A DNA stretch of 64,000 bases from Mobula hypostoma. Taxonomy: Eukaryota. The notes beneath the pieces were generated by a model. That model saw nothing but the letters and a program-made list of their open reading frames with translations. It did no database searches and was not told the DNA's origin. Position 1 is the first letter of the stretch. Each line of letters begins with the position of its first letter. The translations under genes were made by a program, and so were the position numbers. The stretch is from the NCBI RefSeq assembly GCF_963921235.1, contig NC_086109.1, positions 21,578,001-21,642,000 on the forward strand. The letters run 5' to 3'. Shown in pieces: positions 13,457 through 25,419 of the stretch.

Positions 13457-14713
13457 GAATTTTTTGAGGGTGTAACTAGTAGAGTGGATGGGGAGAACCA
13501 GTGGATGTGGTATATTTGGATTTTCAAAAGGCTTTTGACAAGGTCCCACACAGGAGATTAATGTGCAAACTTAAAGCACACGGTATTGGGGGTAAGGTAT
13601 TGGTGTGGGTGGAGAATTGGTTAGCAGACAGGAAGCAAAGAGTGGGAATAAACGGGACCTTTTCAGAATGGCAGGCGGTGACTAGTGGGGTACCGCAAGG
13701 CTCAGTGCTGGGACCCCAGTTGTTTACAATATATATTAATGACTTGGATGAGGGAATTAAATGCAGCATCTCCAAGTTTGCGGATGACACGAAGCTGGGT
13801 GGCAGTGTTAGCAGTGAGGAGGATGCTAAGAGGATGCAGGGTGACTTGGATAGGTTGGGTGAGTGGGCAAATTCATGGCAGATGCAATTTAATGTGGATA
13901 AATGTGAAGTTATCCACTTTGGTGGCAAAAATAGGAAAACAGATTATTATCTGAATGGTGGCCGATTAGGAAAAGGGGAGGTGCAACGAGACCTGGGTGT
14001 CATTATACACCAGTCATTGAAAGTGGGCATGCAGGTACAGCAGGCGGTGAAAAAGGTGAATGGTATGCTGGCATTTATAGCGAGAGGATTCGAGTACAGG
14101 AGCAGGGAGGTACTACTGCAGTTGTACAAGGCCTTGGTGAGGCCACACCTGGAGTATTGTGTGCAGTTTTGGTCCCCTAATCTGAGGAAAGACATCTTTG
14201 CCATAGAGGGAGTACAAAGAAGGTTCACCAGATTGATTCCTGGGATGGCAGGACTTTCATATGAAGAAAGACTGGATGAACTGGGCTTGTACTCTTTGGA
14301 ATTTAGAAGATTGAGGGGGGATCTGATTGAAACATATAAGATCCTAAAGGGATTGGACAGGCTAGATGCAGGAAGATTGTTCCCGATGTTGGGGAAGTCC
14401 AGAACGAGGGGTCACAGTTTGAGGATAGAGGGGAAGCCTTTTAGGACCGAGATTAGGAAAAACTTCTTCACACAGAGAGTGGTGAATCTGTGGAATTCTC
14501 TGCCACAGGAAACAGTTGAGGCCAGTTCATTGGCTATATTTAAGAGGGAGTTAGATATGGCCCTTGTGGCTACGGGGGTCAGGGGGTATGGAGGGAAGGC
14601 TGGGGCGGGGTTCTGAGTTGGATGATCAGCCATGATCATAATAAATGGCAGTGCAGGCTCGAAGGGCCGAATGGCCTACTCCTGCACCTATTTTCTATGT
14701 TTCTATGTTTCTA
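13457..14713 (+). mobile_element. Young 5'-truncated CR1 LINE
   Basis: Open ORF2 C-terminus, 3' UTR and (TTCTATGT)n tail. The host CR1 sequence resumes cleanly on both sides with a TA duplication or microhomology. Confidence 0.97.
13501..14616 (+). CDS. CR1 ORF2 reverse transcriptase C-terminal portion (371 aa, 5'-truncated)
   Basis: YLDFQKAFDKVPH, GVPQGSVLGP, FADD, RPHLEYCVQFWSP; no stop codons. Confidence 0.93.
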   Translation: MDVVYLDFQKAFDKVPHRRLMCKLKAHGIGGKVLVWVENWLADRKQRVGINGTFSEWQAVTSGVPQGSVLGPQLFTIYINDLDEGIKCSISKFADDTKLGGSVSSEEDAKRMQGDLDRLGEWANSWQMQFNVDKCEVIHFGGKNRKTDYYLNGGRLGKGEVQRDLGVIIHQSLKVGMQVQQAVKKVNGMLAFIARGFEYRSREVLLQLYKALVRPHLEYCVQFWSPNLRKDIFAIEGVQRRFTRLIPGMAGLSYEERLDELGLYSLEFRRLRGDLIETYKILKGLDRLDAGRLFPMLGKSRTRGHSLRIEGKPFRTEIRKNFFTQRVVNLWNSLPQETVEASSLAIFKRELDMALVATGVRGYGGKAGAGF

Positions 14714-15203
14714 TAACATCAAATCCACTATAGCTGATCCCCTAGTAGGCTCAACGACAAACTGCTCTAAAAAGCCATCTCATAGGCATTCAACAAACTC
14801 ACAGTCTTGAGATCCATTACTAACCTGATTTGCCCAATCGACCTGCATTTTGAAATCTTCCATGACTATCATAACATTGCCCTTTTTACATGCCTTTCCT
14901 ATTTCAGGTTGTAATCTGTGGTCCACATCTCAGCTACTCTAGGGAGGCCTGTATATAACTGCCATCAGGGTTCTTTTACCCTTGCAGTTTCTTAACTCAA
15001 CCCACAATGATTCAACATCTTCTGATCCTATGCCATATATTTCTACAGATTTGATGCCATTCTTTACCAGCGGAGCCATGCCACCCCCTCTGCCTACTTT
15101 CTCATCCCTCCAACACAACATGTAACCTTGGACATTTAGCTCCCAACTACAACCATCCTTCAGCCACGATTCAGTGATGGGCACAACATCATATGTTGTG
15201 GCA

Positions 15204-15826
15204 GGAGGAGAAGATGGCACGATGCAGCGCGAGCAGCCTCTCCAGTGAAATGATATCGTATTTGTTAAATAGGGTACCGTGCACAATTCTGATTTGATGG
15301 AGACAGCCGTGAGAAGCACAGAGGAACATCTGGAGAAACTTCTGAAATGCCTGGTTCGCTGCCGCTGCTACTGTGCGATGGATAATCTCCAGAGGGAAGG
15401 CCCCAAATTCTCGGCTTTGCCTGCTGCTGGCGGCTGGGGTTGGGGTCGAAGCGCTCGGCAGAGATGGTGCTCGATGTTGGAGGGCTGGTCGAAGGCTCGA
15501 AGTTTTCAGACGACTCAGAGTCGGACTGTGGTCGGGCATGGCAGGGAGAGTTTTCTTCCTTCTCCCGTCTGCGTGAGATGTGGGACTTTTGAGGGACTTC
15601 GAACTTTTTTTTACCGTAAACCATGGTCTGTTCTTCATCAAGTTACGGTATTGCTTGCACTGTCGTAACTATATGTTATAATTATGTGGTTTTTGTTAGT
15701 TTTTCCGTCTTGGTCTGTCCTGTGTTTCTGTGACATCACACCGGAGGAATATTGTATCATTTCTTAATGCATGCATTACTAACTGACAATAAAAGAGGAC
15801 TGCGTGTCCTTGTAATGTAATCTAAT
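15204..15826 (+). mobile_element. Non-autonomous retroposon, copy 2 of the 1557-2215 family, inserted into CR1 EN
   Basis: GGAGGAGAAGATGGCA head; AATAAAA-GAGGAC..GTCCTT hairpin; TAATGTAATCTAAT tail. Confidence 0.8.
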
Positions 15827-16169
15827 ACGTAATAATCTGTAATAGTGCAAGAAGATCATCCACCTTATTTCGTATACTCGGCGCGTTGAGATATAACATT
15901 TATATAATATTTGTCCCCCTTGGAATCAGGTGCAACCCGTCACTTTTGTACAGGTTATACCTCCCCCAGAAGAGATCCCAGTGATCCAAGAACCTGAAGC
16001 CGACTTTCTCAGCCAAGCATTTATCTGCCATATCACCCTGTTTCTACCCTCACTGGTGCGTGGCACAGGTAGCAATCCAGAAATTAAAAATTTTCAACCT
16101 GTAATTGATCTTTATTTTACTGAACATTCCTTCTAGTGCCACAAAAGTACAGACTTATAGACTCATAAT

Positions 16170-16475
16170 ACTCTGAAACAGGACCTTTGACTAATCAAGT
16201 TCATACTGACCATTAAGCACTCATGTACACGAATCTCATTTTATTCTCCTCATGACTCATCAATTACGACTCATTAATTACCCCTAGATTTTACCACTCA
16301 CACTTTAGGAGGAATTTAGAGGGGCAAATTAACCTACCAAGCTTTGGACTAAGGGAGGAAATCTGAGTGCCGTGAGGAAACTCAACAGATCATAATAAGA
16401 ACATGCAAACTTTATACAGACAGAACTGGAAGTCAAGATTGAATGCCGGTTACTGATGTTGTGAAGCAATGATAG
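16170..16475 (-). mobile_element. Decayed V-SINE
   Basis: Reverse V-domain (CTTTGGACT..GGAGGAAA..AGAACATGCAAACT). Confidence 0.65.
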
Positions 16476-16910
16476 TCTGCCACAATTATTATCTGGTGCA
16501 TATCTAGGTTCTGGTTGTGAGGCTGCTGCATACAAATACGGCCGGATATTTCTCATGCTTATATTAGCAACTCCACTTGAAAAATAATTCATTTGCTGCA
16601 AATCTCTGAGTTTATGAAAAACACTACACAAGTGCAGCTCTTATATTGCAGTTTCTTCTTCAGTGCTTACCCCAGTGCTTCCAAATCGGGTCAGCCTGGG
16701 CCGCATGAACAGGAAGTCTTTTACTAAGTAAAAAAAAAATCCATCAACTTTAATTGACAAAATAAATTTTAGAACGGAAATGAAGTCAAGGAATCATAAA
16801 TAAGGCATGTTCTAATTAGCATACATTAACCCTCCAGGAAGTAGGTCTGAGGAGATGTTACTGCTTCCTCTGAGTAGAAAATAAATGCTAACACCATCAG
16901 TATGGTGATA

Positions 16911-17986
16911 TAGAAACATAGAAACATAGAAAATATGTGCAGGAGTAGGCCATTCGGCCCTTCGAGCCTGCACCGCCATTTATTATGATCATGGCTGATC
17001 ATCCAACTCAGAACCCAGCCTTCCCTCCATACCCCCTGACCCCTGTAGCCACAAGGGCCATATCTAACTTCCTTTTAAACATAGCTAATGAACTGGCCTC
17101 AACAGTTTGCTGTGGCAGAGAATTCCACAGATTCACCACTCTCTGTGTGAAGAAGTTTTTCCTAACCTCGGTCCTAAAAGGCTTCCCCTCTATCCTCAAA
17201 CTGTGACCCCTCGTTCTAGACCTCCCCAACATCGGGAACAATCTTCCTGCATCTAGCCTGTCCAATCCCTTTAGGATCTTATACGTTTCAATCAGATCCC
17301 CCCTCAATCTTCTAAATTCCAACGAGTACAAGCCCAGTTCATCCAGTCTTTCTTCATATGAAAGACCTGCCATCCCAGGAATCAATCTGGTGAACCTTCT
17401 TTGTACTCCCTCTATGGCAAAGATGTCTTTCCTCAGATTAGGGGACCAAAACTGCACACAATACTCCAGGTGTGGTCTCACCAAGGCCTTGTACAACTGC
17501 AGTAGTACCTCCCTGCTCCTGTACTCGAATCCTCTCGCTATAAATGCCAGCATACCGTTCGCCTTTTTCACCGCCTGCTGTACCTGCATGCCCACTTTCA
17601 ATGACTGGTGTATAATGACACCCAGGTCTCGTTGCACCTCCCCTTTTCCTAATTGGCCACCATTCAGATAATAATCTGTTTTCCTATTTTTGCCACCAAA
17701 GTGGATAACTTCACATTTATCCACATTAAATTGCATCTGCCATGAGTTTGCCCACTCACCCAACCTATCCAAGTCACCCTGCATCCTCTTAGCATCCTCC
17801 TCACTGCTAACACTGCCACCCAGCTTCGTGTCATCCGCAAACTTGGAGATGCTGCATTTAATTCCCTCATCCAAGTCATTAATATATATTGTAAACAACT
17901 GGGGTCCCAGCACTGAGCCTTGCGGTACCCCACTAGTCACCGCCTGCCATTCTGAAAAGGTCCCGTTTATTCCCACTCTTTGCTTC
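16911..17986 (-). mobile_element. Young 5'-truncated CR1 LINE, near-identical to 13632-14713
   Basis: Open 322-aa ORF (17008-17976), same 3' UTR and (TTCTATGT)n tail. Confidence 0.97.
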
Positions 17987-18319
17987 GAAAACGATAAATC
18001 ACAAGATATGACAATAAAATTAAAGTCTGCAAAAAGAGAAGGGCCTAACTATCTAACTATCTAAAATTCTCCTAACAGGTCATTTAGCATTCCATGGTAA
18101 AATTTACTATCAGAAAAATACTATTTATTTAAATGAAATACTGCCTGCCAAATCTAAGTCCCCAAACTCTAGGTTAATTTGATGCATGTTGTGTGAAGCT
18201 TTGCGTGAAGCATGCAGTATCCTAAAACAGCTCTGTCTCCCTTCCCATTTTTTACTCAACACTGTGAATTACTGTGATTCAAAATAGTTACTCAGTGTGT
18301 AACTTTGTTTGAAATAAAT

Positions 18320-20335
18320 AGAATAGTTAATATTAGATCAGAGGGAAAGACTGATATCATGGTCTAAGCAGCAGTAACGTTGAAGATGGGGAAATTTCAG
18401 AATTCAGCAAAACCTGATCTTGCTGATAATGAAAGGGAAAATACAATAATCTGATGAGAATAATAAAAACAGACTGTAAGCACTTCCATAATTATGAAAA
18501 AGGATAAGATTAGCAAAAGTCAATCTGGGTCTCTTAGAGATTCAGACAAGAGAAATTATTCAGGAGAACAGCAAAATAGCAAAGAAAAAGAAAGGATAGA
18601 ACATCCTCTGGATAAAGCAGAATTATAGAAAAAAAAAGGATCAAAAGAGAACAAAACTCTGAAAGAAATTAGCATTATCAAAATAAAATATATCATAGAA
18701 ACTGAGGACTAAAAGCTAATAAATCCACGGGAGGTGATGATTTGGATCCCAAGTGTTTGAAAGAGGAGGATTAGGAAATTGTGGATGCACTGGTTGTCAT
18801 CTCTAATTGTCCATAGATTCTATAATGGTTCCCACAGATCAGAAAGCAGCAAATGTAGCTGCATTATTTTAAAAAAGAAGCAATGTAGAACCACAAACAA
18901 TTTCGGCTGACATCAGCAGTAGGGAAATTGATGGGATCTATTATTAAGAAAGTGGTAATAGGATACTTAGAAAATAATTATAAGATTGGTCAGAGTCAGC
19001 ATGGATCTATGAATGGGAAATTATGGTTGACAAAGCTATTAGAGTTTCTTGAGGTTGCAACTCACAGAATGGATAAAGGAGAACCAGTGGCTGTACATAT
19101 AGCATTAGGAAAGATGTTTGGTAAATGGACAGAATACAGCGAGTGGGGAGAAAACGGATGATTTTCAGGCTGGTAGGGGTAGCTAGCATGATGCCACCGA
19201 GCCCAGTCTGGGGTCTCGGCTGTTCAAAGATTCAAAGTATATTTATTATCAAAGTATGTATGCAGTATTCAAAGCTAAGATCCGTCTCCCTGCAGCCAGC
19301 CGCCAAACAAAGAAACACCATGGAACCCGTTTAAAGAAAACATCAAACTCTCAATGCGCCAAAAAAAGAACAAATTGCTCGAATGGCAAAAATGAGCAAA
19401 TAGCACACAGAATATTAAACATCAAACTGTAGAGTCCTTGAAACAGTCTAGGAATGTTCAGTTCAGTTCAATTTAGCACCGTGTTACTTGTTAACTGCAG
19501 GCTGCAGAGCCAATCTGCCCCGATTAAAATCATGCAAAATAGCAATTATCAAAAGAAGTAACCTGAAAGCAGAAACACATATAACGTGAACTGCAGAGTC
19601 CTCTAAAAGTGAGTTTAATCCACACACCACGCTGATCAAACCTTGCCCAAGACCCAAGACTCCTGCACCTTCCTTCAGCAGTAGCAGCAGCAGCAAGCGA
19701 GCGGGAGAGCGAGAGGGACCGGTCAAACGCAGACAGACGGCACTGAACACCTGCTCGCCTTCCTTTCTCGTCCTCACCGGCCTCAATCTTCGTCTACGCT
19801 TTAATCTGTGTGATGGTCGACGACTGGAGCTAATCATGGGTTCACGCTCTGCCGTTAGGCTGCACACGCCATTCTCAACCTTACCAAATTCCCTCAGAGA
19901 CAGCAATTGCACCAGATTACTCAGTTAGGTCCGAGAACACAGTACAGGCTCCAACTGCACACCTATTAGTAGTACATTTAAAAGAAGGAGAAGAAGAAAT
20001 AGTTTCATAAACCGCTCGCAGGATGCCTCCATTAGTCATGTTGGTTGCTGGCTGCATTTTGTTCATCTTTTTCACAATCTATATCAAGGATTTGGGTGAG
20101 AGGGCCAAGTGTAATATATCCAAGTTTGCTAATGATATAAAGCTAAGTTTTATTGCAATAAATTTGTAGAAAGGTTTCCAGACTACATGTTTGGAAGAGG
20201 ACATGACAGATGAAATACAATGTAACAGAAATGAGAAGACAATTATCTTTGTTCAAGCAACAAATAAACAGGAAGGTAGTGCATGTTTTAAAAGGAAATA
20301 AGTTGGAAAGTGCTAGTCTTCAGATGGACCTTGTG
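18320..20335 (+). mobile_element. Old CR1 fragment interrupted at ~19223-20066
   Basis: IGQSQHGSMNGKLWLTKLLEFLE..MDKGEPV peptide; FTIYIKDL..SKFAND continues after the insertion. Confidence 0.75.
19223..20066 (-). mobile_element. ~840-bp non-coding retroposon with Rex1-like (TTTGAA)n tail
   Basis: Left end TTCAAAGATTCAAAGTATATTTATTATCAAAG resembles the Rex1 tails at 35620 and 59565. GC-richer 5' part, no ORF. Interrupts a CR1 RT. Confidence 0.65.
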
Positions 20336-20339
20336 CACC

Positions 20340-20990
20340 ATTTGTTATTGGTTTATGGTTGTCACATCTACCAAGATACAGTGACAAACGTGTCTTGCCT
20401 ACTGCTCATACAGATCAAATCATTATACAGTGCATTGAGCTAGAATAAGGTAAAACATTAAATGCAGAATAAAGTGTAAAAGCTACCAAAAAGAGCAGTG
20501 CAGGTAAGTGATAAAGTGCAAGACTTACGAGGTAGATTGTGAGGTCAGGAGTCCATTTTATTGTGCAAAACGTCTGTTCAAGAGACTGGAAAAGAAGCTG
20601 TCCTTGAGTCTCGTGGTACATGCTTTCAGGGTCTTGAAACCACTGCTCAGTGGAAGAGGGGTAAAGAGAGAATGTCCGGAGTAGGTGGGGTCTTTATTTA
20701 TGCTGGCTGCTTTACTGAAGGAGCAATAAGTATTGATAAAGTCCATAGAGGGGAGGGTAGTTCCTGTGATGTGCTGAGCTGTGTCCATAGTTCTCTGCAG
20801 CTGCATGCAGTCACAGGCAGAGAAGTTGCCATAACAGGCCGTTATGCCTCCAGACAGATGTTTTCTATGGTGCAGTGATAAAAATTGCATAGAGTCGTTC
20901 AGGACATATCGAACATCTTTAGCCTCCTGAAGAAGTAGAGGTGTTGGTGAACTTTCTTGGCCATGACATCAACGTGGTTGGACAGGCTGT
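20340..20990 (-). mobile_element. Rex1/Babar-clade LINE 3' fragment
   Basis: GITACYGN..LQRTMDTAQHITG..KAASINKDPTYSGHSLF..TTRLKDSFF. Confidence 0.85.
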
Positions 20991-20994
20991 GGAA

Positions 20995-21280
20995 TTTAGA
21001 ACAAAAGAAATGTTCTCAGAATAAGGGAGAAGGCAGTTTAGGACTAAGATGAAGAAATAATTCTTCACCCTAAGGGTAGAGAATCTTTGGCATTTTCTAC
21101 TCAAGGGGGCTGTGGAGGTTCAGTTGCTGAGTGCATTAAAGAGAGAGGTTGATAGATCTTCAGATATAAAGAGAGTCAAGAATGAGGGTTGTGCTAGAAC
21201 AGGGCATTAAGGTAAAAGATCAAGAATTATTTCATTGAATGGTGGAGCAAACATAAGGGATAAAATGACCTAGTCATGTT
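20995..21280 (+). mobile_element. CR1 3' fragment
   Basis: FRTKMKK-FFTLRVENLW-like decayed C-terminus. Confidence 0.65.
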
Positions 21281-21677
21281 TTGACTTAAATCCTACAAAA
21301 AAGGTGTCTATTTTAGCACAATTTCTTGCTAAATATGGAGTTAGCTATATCTTGTACCTTGTATTTAGTATCAGCTGTGAAAGGTGTTTGAATCCTTAAT
21401 GCTGCTCCATTATTAAATAAAAAGTCAGGAGATCTTCTGCATTGTAGGTGGTAGCATTTGGCGGTCATGAAATGCTAAAACTGCTGAAAGAGCCTCTTGG
21501 AATAACAGTCATGTTCTGCCTAGCCATTGGTTAGGAGTTTGTTCAGTTCCTCGCCTTTGAGATTACAGAAAGAACCCAGATACTCCTCAAATTGGTGTAG
21601 TCATTGGCATAATGCTGTCTGGTGTGCTAAGTTCCTTTCAAATTTTTGTGTGTGAACATTATTATTGAGTAAAGGAG

Positions 21678-21985
21678 TACTACAGCAGAGAAGCAGGCCC
21701 TTCAGCCCATCTTGTCTGTGTTGAACTATTATTCTGCCTAGTCCTATCGACTTGCACCCAGACCATACCCCTTCATACCCCATCGCATCCATCCAAATTT
21801 CTCTTAAATTCTGAAATCAAACCCATAATTATTACTTCTGCTGGAAGCTCATTCCACACACTCACCACCCTCTGATTGAAGAAGATCCCCCTCATGTTCC
21901 CCTTAAACATTTCACCTTTCACCCTTAATCATGACCTCTAGTCTCAGTGGAAAAAACCTGCTTGTATTTCACCTATCTATACCCT
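21678..21985 (-). mobile_element. CR1 3' fragment
   Basis: Reverse of the RVVSVWNELP region and the GGGCTGAAGGGCCTG tail. Confidence 0.75.
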
Positions 21986-22754
21986 TTGCTGGGTAATAGC
22001 TCCCTCATCTCTGAACTCAAAACAATGATGGTCACACCCCATACCAGGAGCTGAGCATGTGACCCAGGCTGACATGCCCAAGCATTGCTAAGGACACCAA
22101 GAGAAAATGCACTTAAATATTGCTTTCTATATCTTCAGTGCGATATTGAACTCTCTGCTGGCAATGAAGGACATTTGAAAGGCAGTCCATGTTGTAATGT
22201 AATGAAACAAATTACATGCAGCCTGCTCCCACAGACACCTATGAGACAATTGACCAGATAATCTCTTTTTAGTGGTGTTGATTGAGGGATAAGTACTGGT
22301 CAGGACCCTAGGGAGAGCCTCTCTGGTCTTCTTACTTGGGTTACCTTGGCTGGGCAGTTTGTCATCTGACCCCACTTAGACTTTCCCTGAAAGAAAATCA
22401 ATCATCAATAATTTCAAGGTTAAAAGAACTGAGAGAACCAAACACAGAAGACGCAGAAAGAGGCCAGACAGCCAACATGCCCATGAAAGTTAAAAAGTTC
22501 AAAGTTCAAAGTAAATTTTTAATCAAAGAGCTACCGAGCTCAATCCAGCTCAATTCCATCTTCTGTCTCTAGGTCTGTATATCTGCAGCTTTTATCTCAT
22601 GGGAAGGCCTTCCGATCTCACTGAATGTTTATTTGACTTGGTGACATAACTAATATTGCCCTTTTCCTTCATCTATTTCCAGCTGACCACACTGGTTGAT
22701 AAATGTATTTACTTCCTTTGATATTTCTTGACGATAAGTGAACACTAACCTCTG

Positions 22755-23148
22755 TAGTATCCAGGACATCTTCAAGGAGTGATGCTTCAAAAAGGCAGCG
22801 TCCATCATAAGGACCCCCATCACGCAGGTCATGCCAGGTTCTTATTGTTACCATCAGGAAGGAGGTACAGAAGCTTGAAGGCCTGAAGGCACACACTCAA
22901 TGATTCAGGAACAGCTTCTTGCCCTCTGCCATCCGATTTCTGAATGGACATTGAACCACTACCTCACTACTTTTTTATTTCCATTTTTGCACCACTTATT
23001 TAATTCAACTATTGTACTCAACTACTGTAATTACTACTGTAATTCATAGTTTTTTTCTATTATTATGTATTACATTGTACTGCTGTCACAAAGTCAACAA
23101 ATTTCACGCATATGCCAGCGATATTAAAGCTGATTCTAATTGTGATTT
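22755..23148 (+). mobile_element. Rex1/Babar 3' fragment
   Basis: IQDIF..KAASIIKDPHH..GRRYRSL..FRNSF, followed by an AT-rich 3' UTR. Confidence 0.8.
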
Positions 23149-24439
23149 TGAGGTAGACTGTAGGTTAGAAAGAGTGTAAAGCTTCTACACTGTCCCAGCA
23201 TTTGACACATGAAGTAAAGCTTACTATATTTTCCATTAGCATTTCCAGCCCAGCAATAGCACATTAAGTACTAAATAAACCTCCATTACACTGTCACCTC
23301 AAATACTCTCAGGAAAAAGGCACCTATTGGGACTACACCTAGACCGAGGAATAGCGATCGATCGGTGCCTGGGACAGACTCAGGGTGATTTCATGAGTCG
23401 GAATTCAGAGTTCCTCTGGCAACAGTGACAATCAAGCGCCCCCCCCCCCCAATATCAACCACAATTAAGTGGAAACTAAGAATTGTGAGCATTGAAATCT
23501 TTGTGGAAATCTTTGTCACTTACTACGTAGTATTTTGTGTGTTTTATTTGAGCTTTCTGTTTTATGCTAATAAATTAGGTTGAAGTTACTTTGTTGTACT
23601 TGTACACTTATTACATCTCCTGGCCACTTCAAATGTTGGGTCTCCTGGGTCTGATCAACCCAGCCCATTACAACATGCACTGAAAGAAGTAGACAGGCTG
23701 CCAAGAAAAGCAGCTCTCCCTCAGCCGCCTTCTGGTTTTCCTAAAAGTTCCCTGAAATCTCAACTTCTCTCCTCCTTAAAGTCTAACTGTTTGACATAGC
23801 TCAAGTCACCTGTCAAAATATCTACTTATAAGGGCTGGTATTACATTTTGCTTGATAATTGTACCTGAGAAGAGACTTTGTACGTTCAGCTATGTAAAAC
23901 ATGCTATATAAATGTCAGGTGTTTTTACGGTACCAGCTTACAGCTTCATCCTAATCGGCAGCATTATTAAGAAGCCATGCACCATAATTCTGAAGAATGT
24001 TCTTTGCTTTTGAAGATAAAATTCTGCAGTAATTAGAAGATTTTGCATCGTTTGCATTTTGTTATTGCTGGATAAAAACTGTAAAGAAACCCAGCTAATT
24101 AGCTGAGATAAAAACATTTTTCCACTGCACATTCCATCATGTTTTGACTGTAGCTATTACATTTCAAGGAAGCAGTGTTTTAATTACAATAAATTCAAAT
24201 TACACAGTTGCCAATATGGTAGTAAAATTCCCCCAACACATAATTATCCATGTCTGTGACATCTTATAAATAATTAAATTTAGATTGGATAGTCGGATAT
24301 TCCCATAGCAACCTCCAACACTTGCATCCTGGGAAGTTATTGGCACTTACTGATTCCTGACTCCTCGAGACATCATCTAGAGTGTGGGTTTGAAGTTGTC
24401 TGGGGACTTGCTGAAGTGGTTAATGTTGAGTCAGAACCC

Positions 24440-25022
24440 GCCTGATCTTTTGGATTTCCACCAGTTGGTTGGGGTTCACTATGGATGTTGCCTCCTGCCT
24501 GTCCTTGTGATATGCAAGCCAGAGCAGAACGATATGGAGAGCAGACCCATGCAGCATGCTCACCTATCCATGCAACAGATCATTCTAAAGGAACGGCAGA
24601 GACTGATACAGTTTGGCACCTGCAGTGTCACAGGTGTTGCCGCTTGTGTTGAACTCAACACAGGACTGCCTTGGGGACTCCATATTTTTCTTCAGGGTTT
24701 ACTCCCAAAGCCCTCCCCTTGAGCGGGTATAGCCGCAAAGCAGTGAAGGTTTGAGATCAGAGTCTTCCTTCTCCTAGATGAGCTGTCAACCTGGGCTGAT
24801 GAGCCCCATTTGAATGAAGCAGCTGGTTCTAAGGTACCAGTAACCTGCTTTTGCTCCTTCTTCTGTCAGTAGAAATGGTTCCACCGGGCCTTACTAGCTA
24901 GGCCGTACATGAATGCCAGGAGCTGGACTTGGTTCTCGGAGGCTATTTGAGACGCCATTGTGAGCAATTAATGGGTAGTGGGAGCTTATCCCCACTACCT
25001 CCCCCCAGCTATGACAATCTTA
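24440..25022 (-). mobile_element. RTE-clade-like 5' UTR or non-autonomous derivative
   Basis: Motif GGGGCTCATCAGCC..CAGCTCATCTAGGAGAAGGAA on the minus strand resembles RTE 5' UTRs as I recall them (not searched). No ORF; left boundary uncertain. Confidence 0.5.
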
Positions 25023-25081
25023 AGATATTAAGGTTCTACCAGGTAAAATATTTCCCAGGAAAAACGGTGGCCTTACCACTA

Positions 25082-25230
25082 CAAGCAACACACACAAAAT
25101 GCTGGAGGAACTCAGCAGGCCAGGCAGCATCTATGGAGAAAAGTATAGTCGATGTTTCGGGCTGAGTCCTGATGAAGCATTTTGTGTGCGTTGCTTGGAT
25201 TTCCAGCATCTGCAGATTTTCTCTTGTTTT
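25082..25230. repeat. Penelope-derived fold-back element
   Basis: Inverted arms CAAGCAACACACACAAAATGC / GCATTTTGTGTGCGTTGCTTG surround broken hammerhead halves. Confidence 0.75.
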
Positions 25231-25419
25231 TGATTGACCTTTACCACTACTCCCATTTCAGAGACAGGGTGAGATATGGGAATCCTTGACATAAAGCCAC
25301 TGATTAATATGGCATGGTGACAGGCCCTTCTGTCCAACCCATCCATACCAACAAGTGTTTCCGACATCATAGCAACTTTGATAGAATGCAACATTAAGGC
25401 ACTCTGGTAAAAGAGAAGA

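Larger units (their letters stand above)
11440..16085 (-). mobile_element. Long decayed CR1 LINE (APE endonuclease + RT), split by two later insertions
   Basis: EN: YDVVPITESWL..GRGGG..ESLWVEL..VIYRPP (14939-15200). Then EPLGASGHNMI, KSPGPDELHPRVLKE, and RT. Interrupted at 13457-14713 and ~15200-15826. Confidence 0.92.

Noticed and set aside
13524..14639. Antisense ORFs conserved between the two young CR1 copies
   Set aside because: This is an expected consequence of near-identical DNA opposite an RT ORF.
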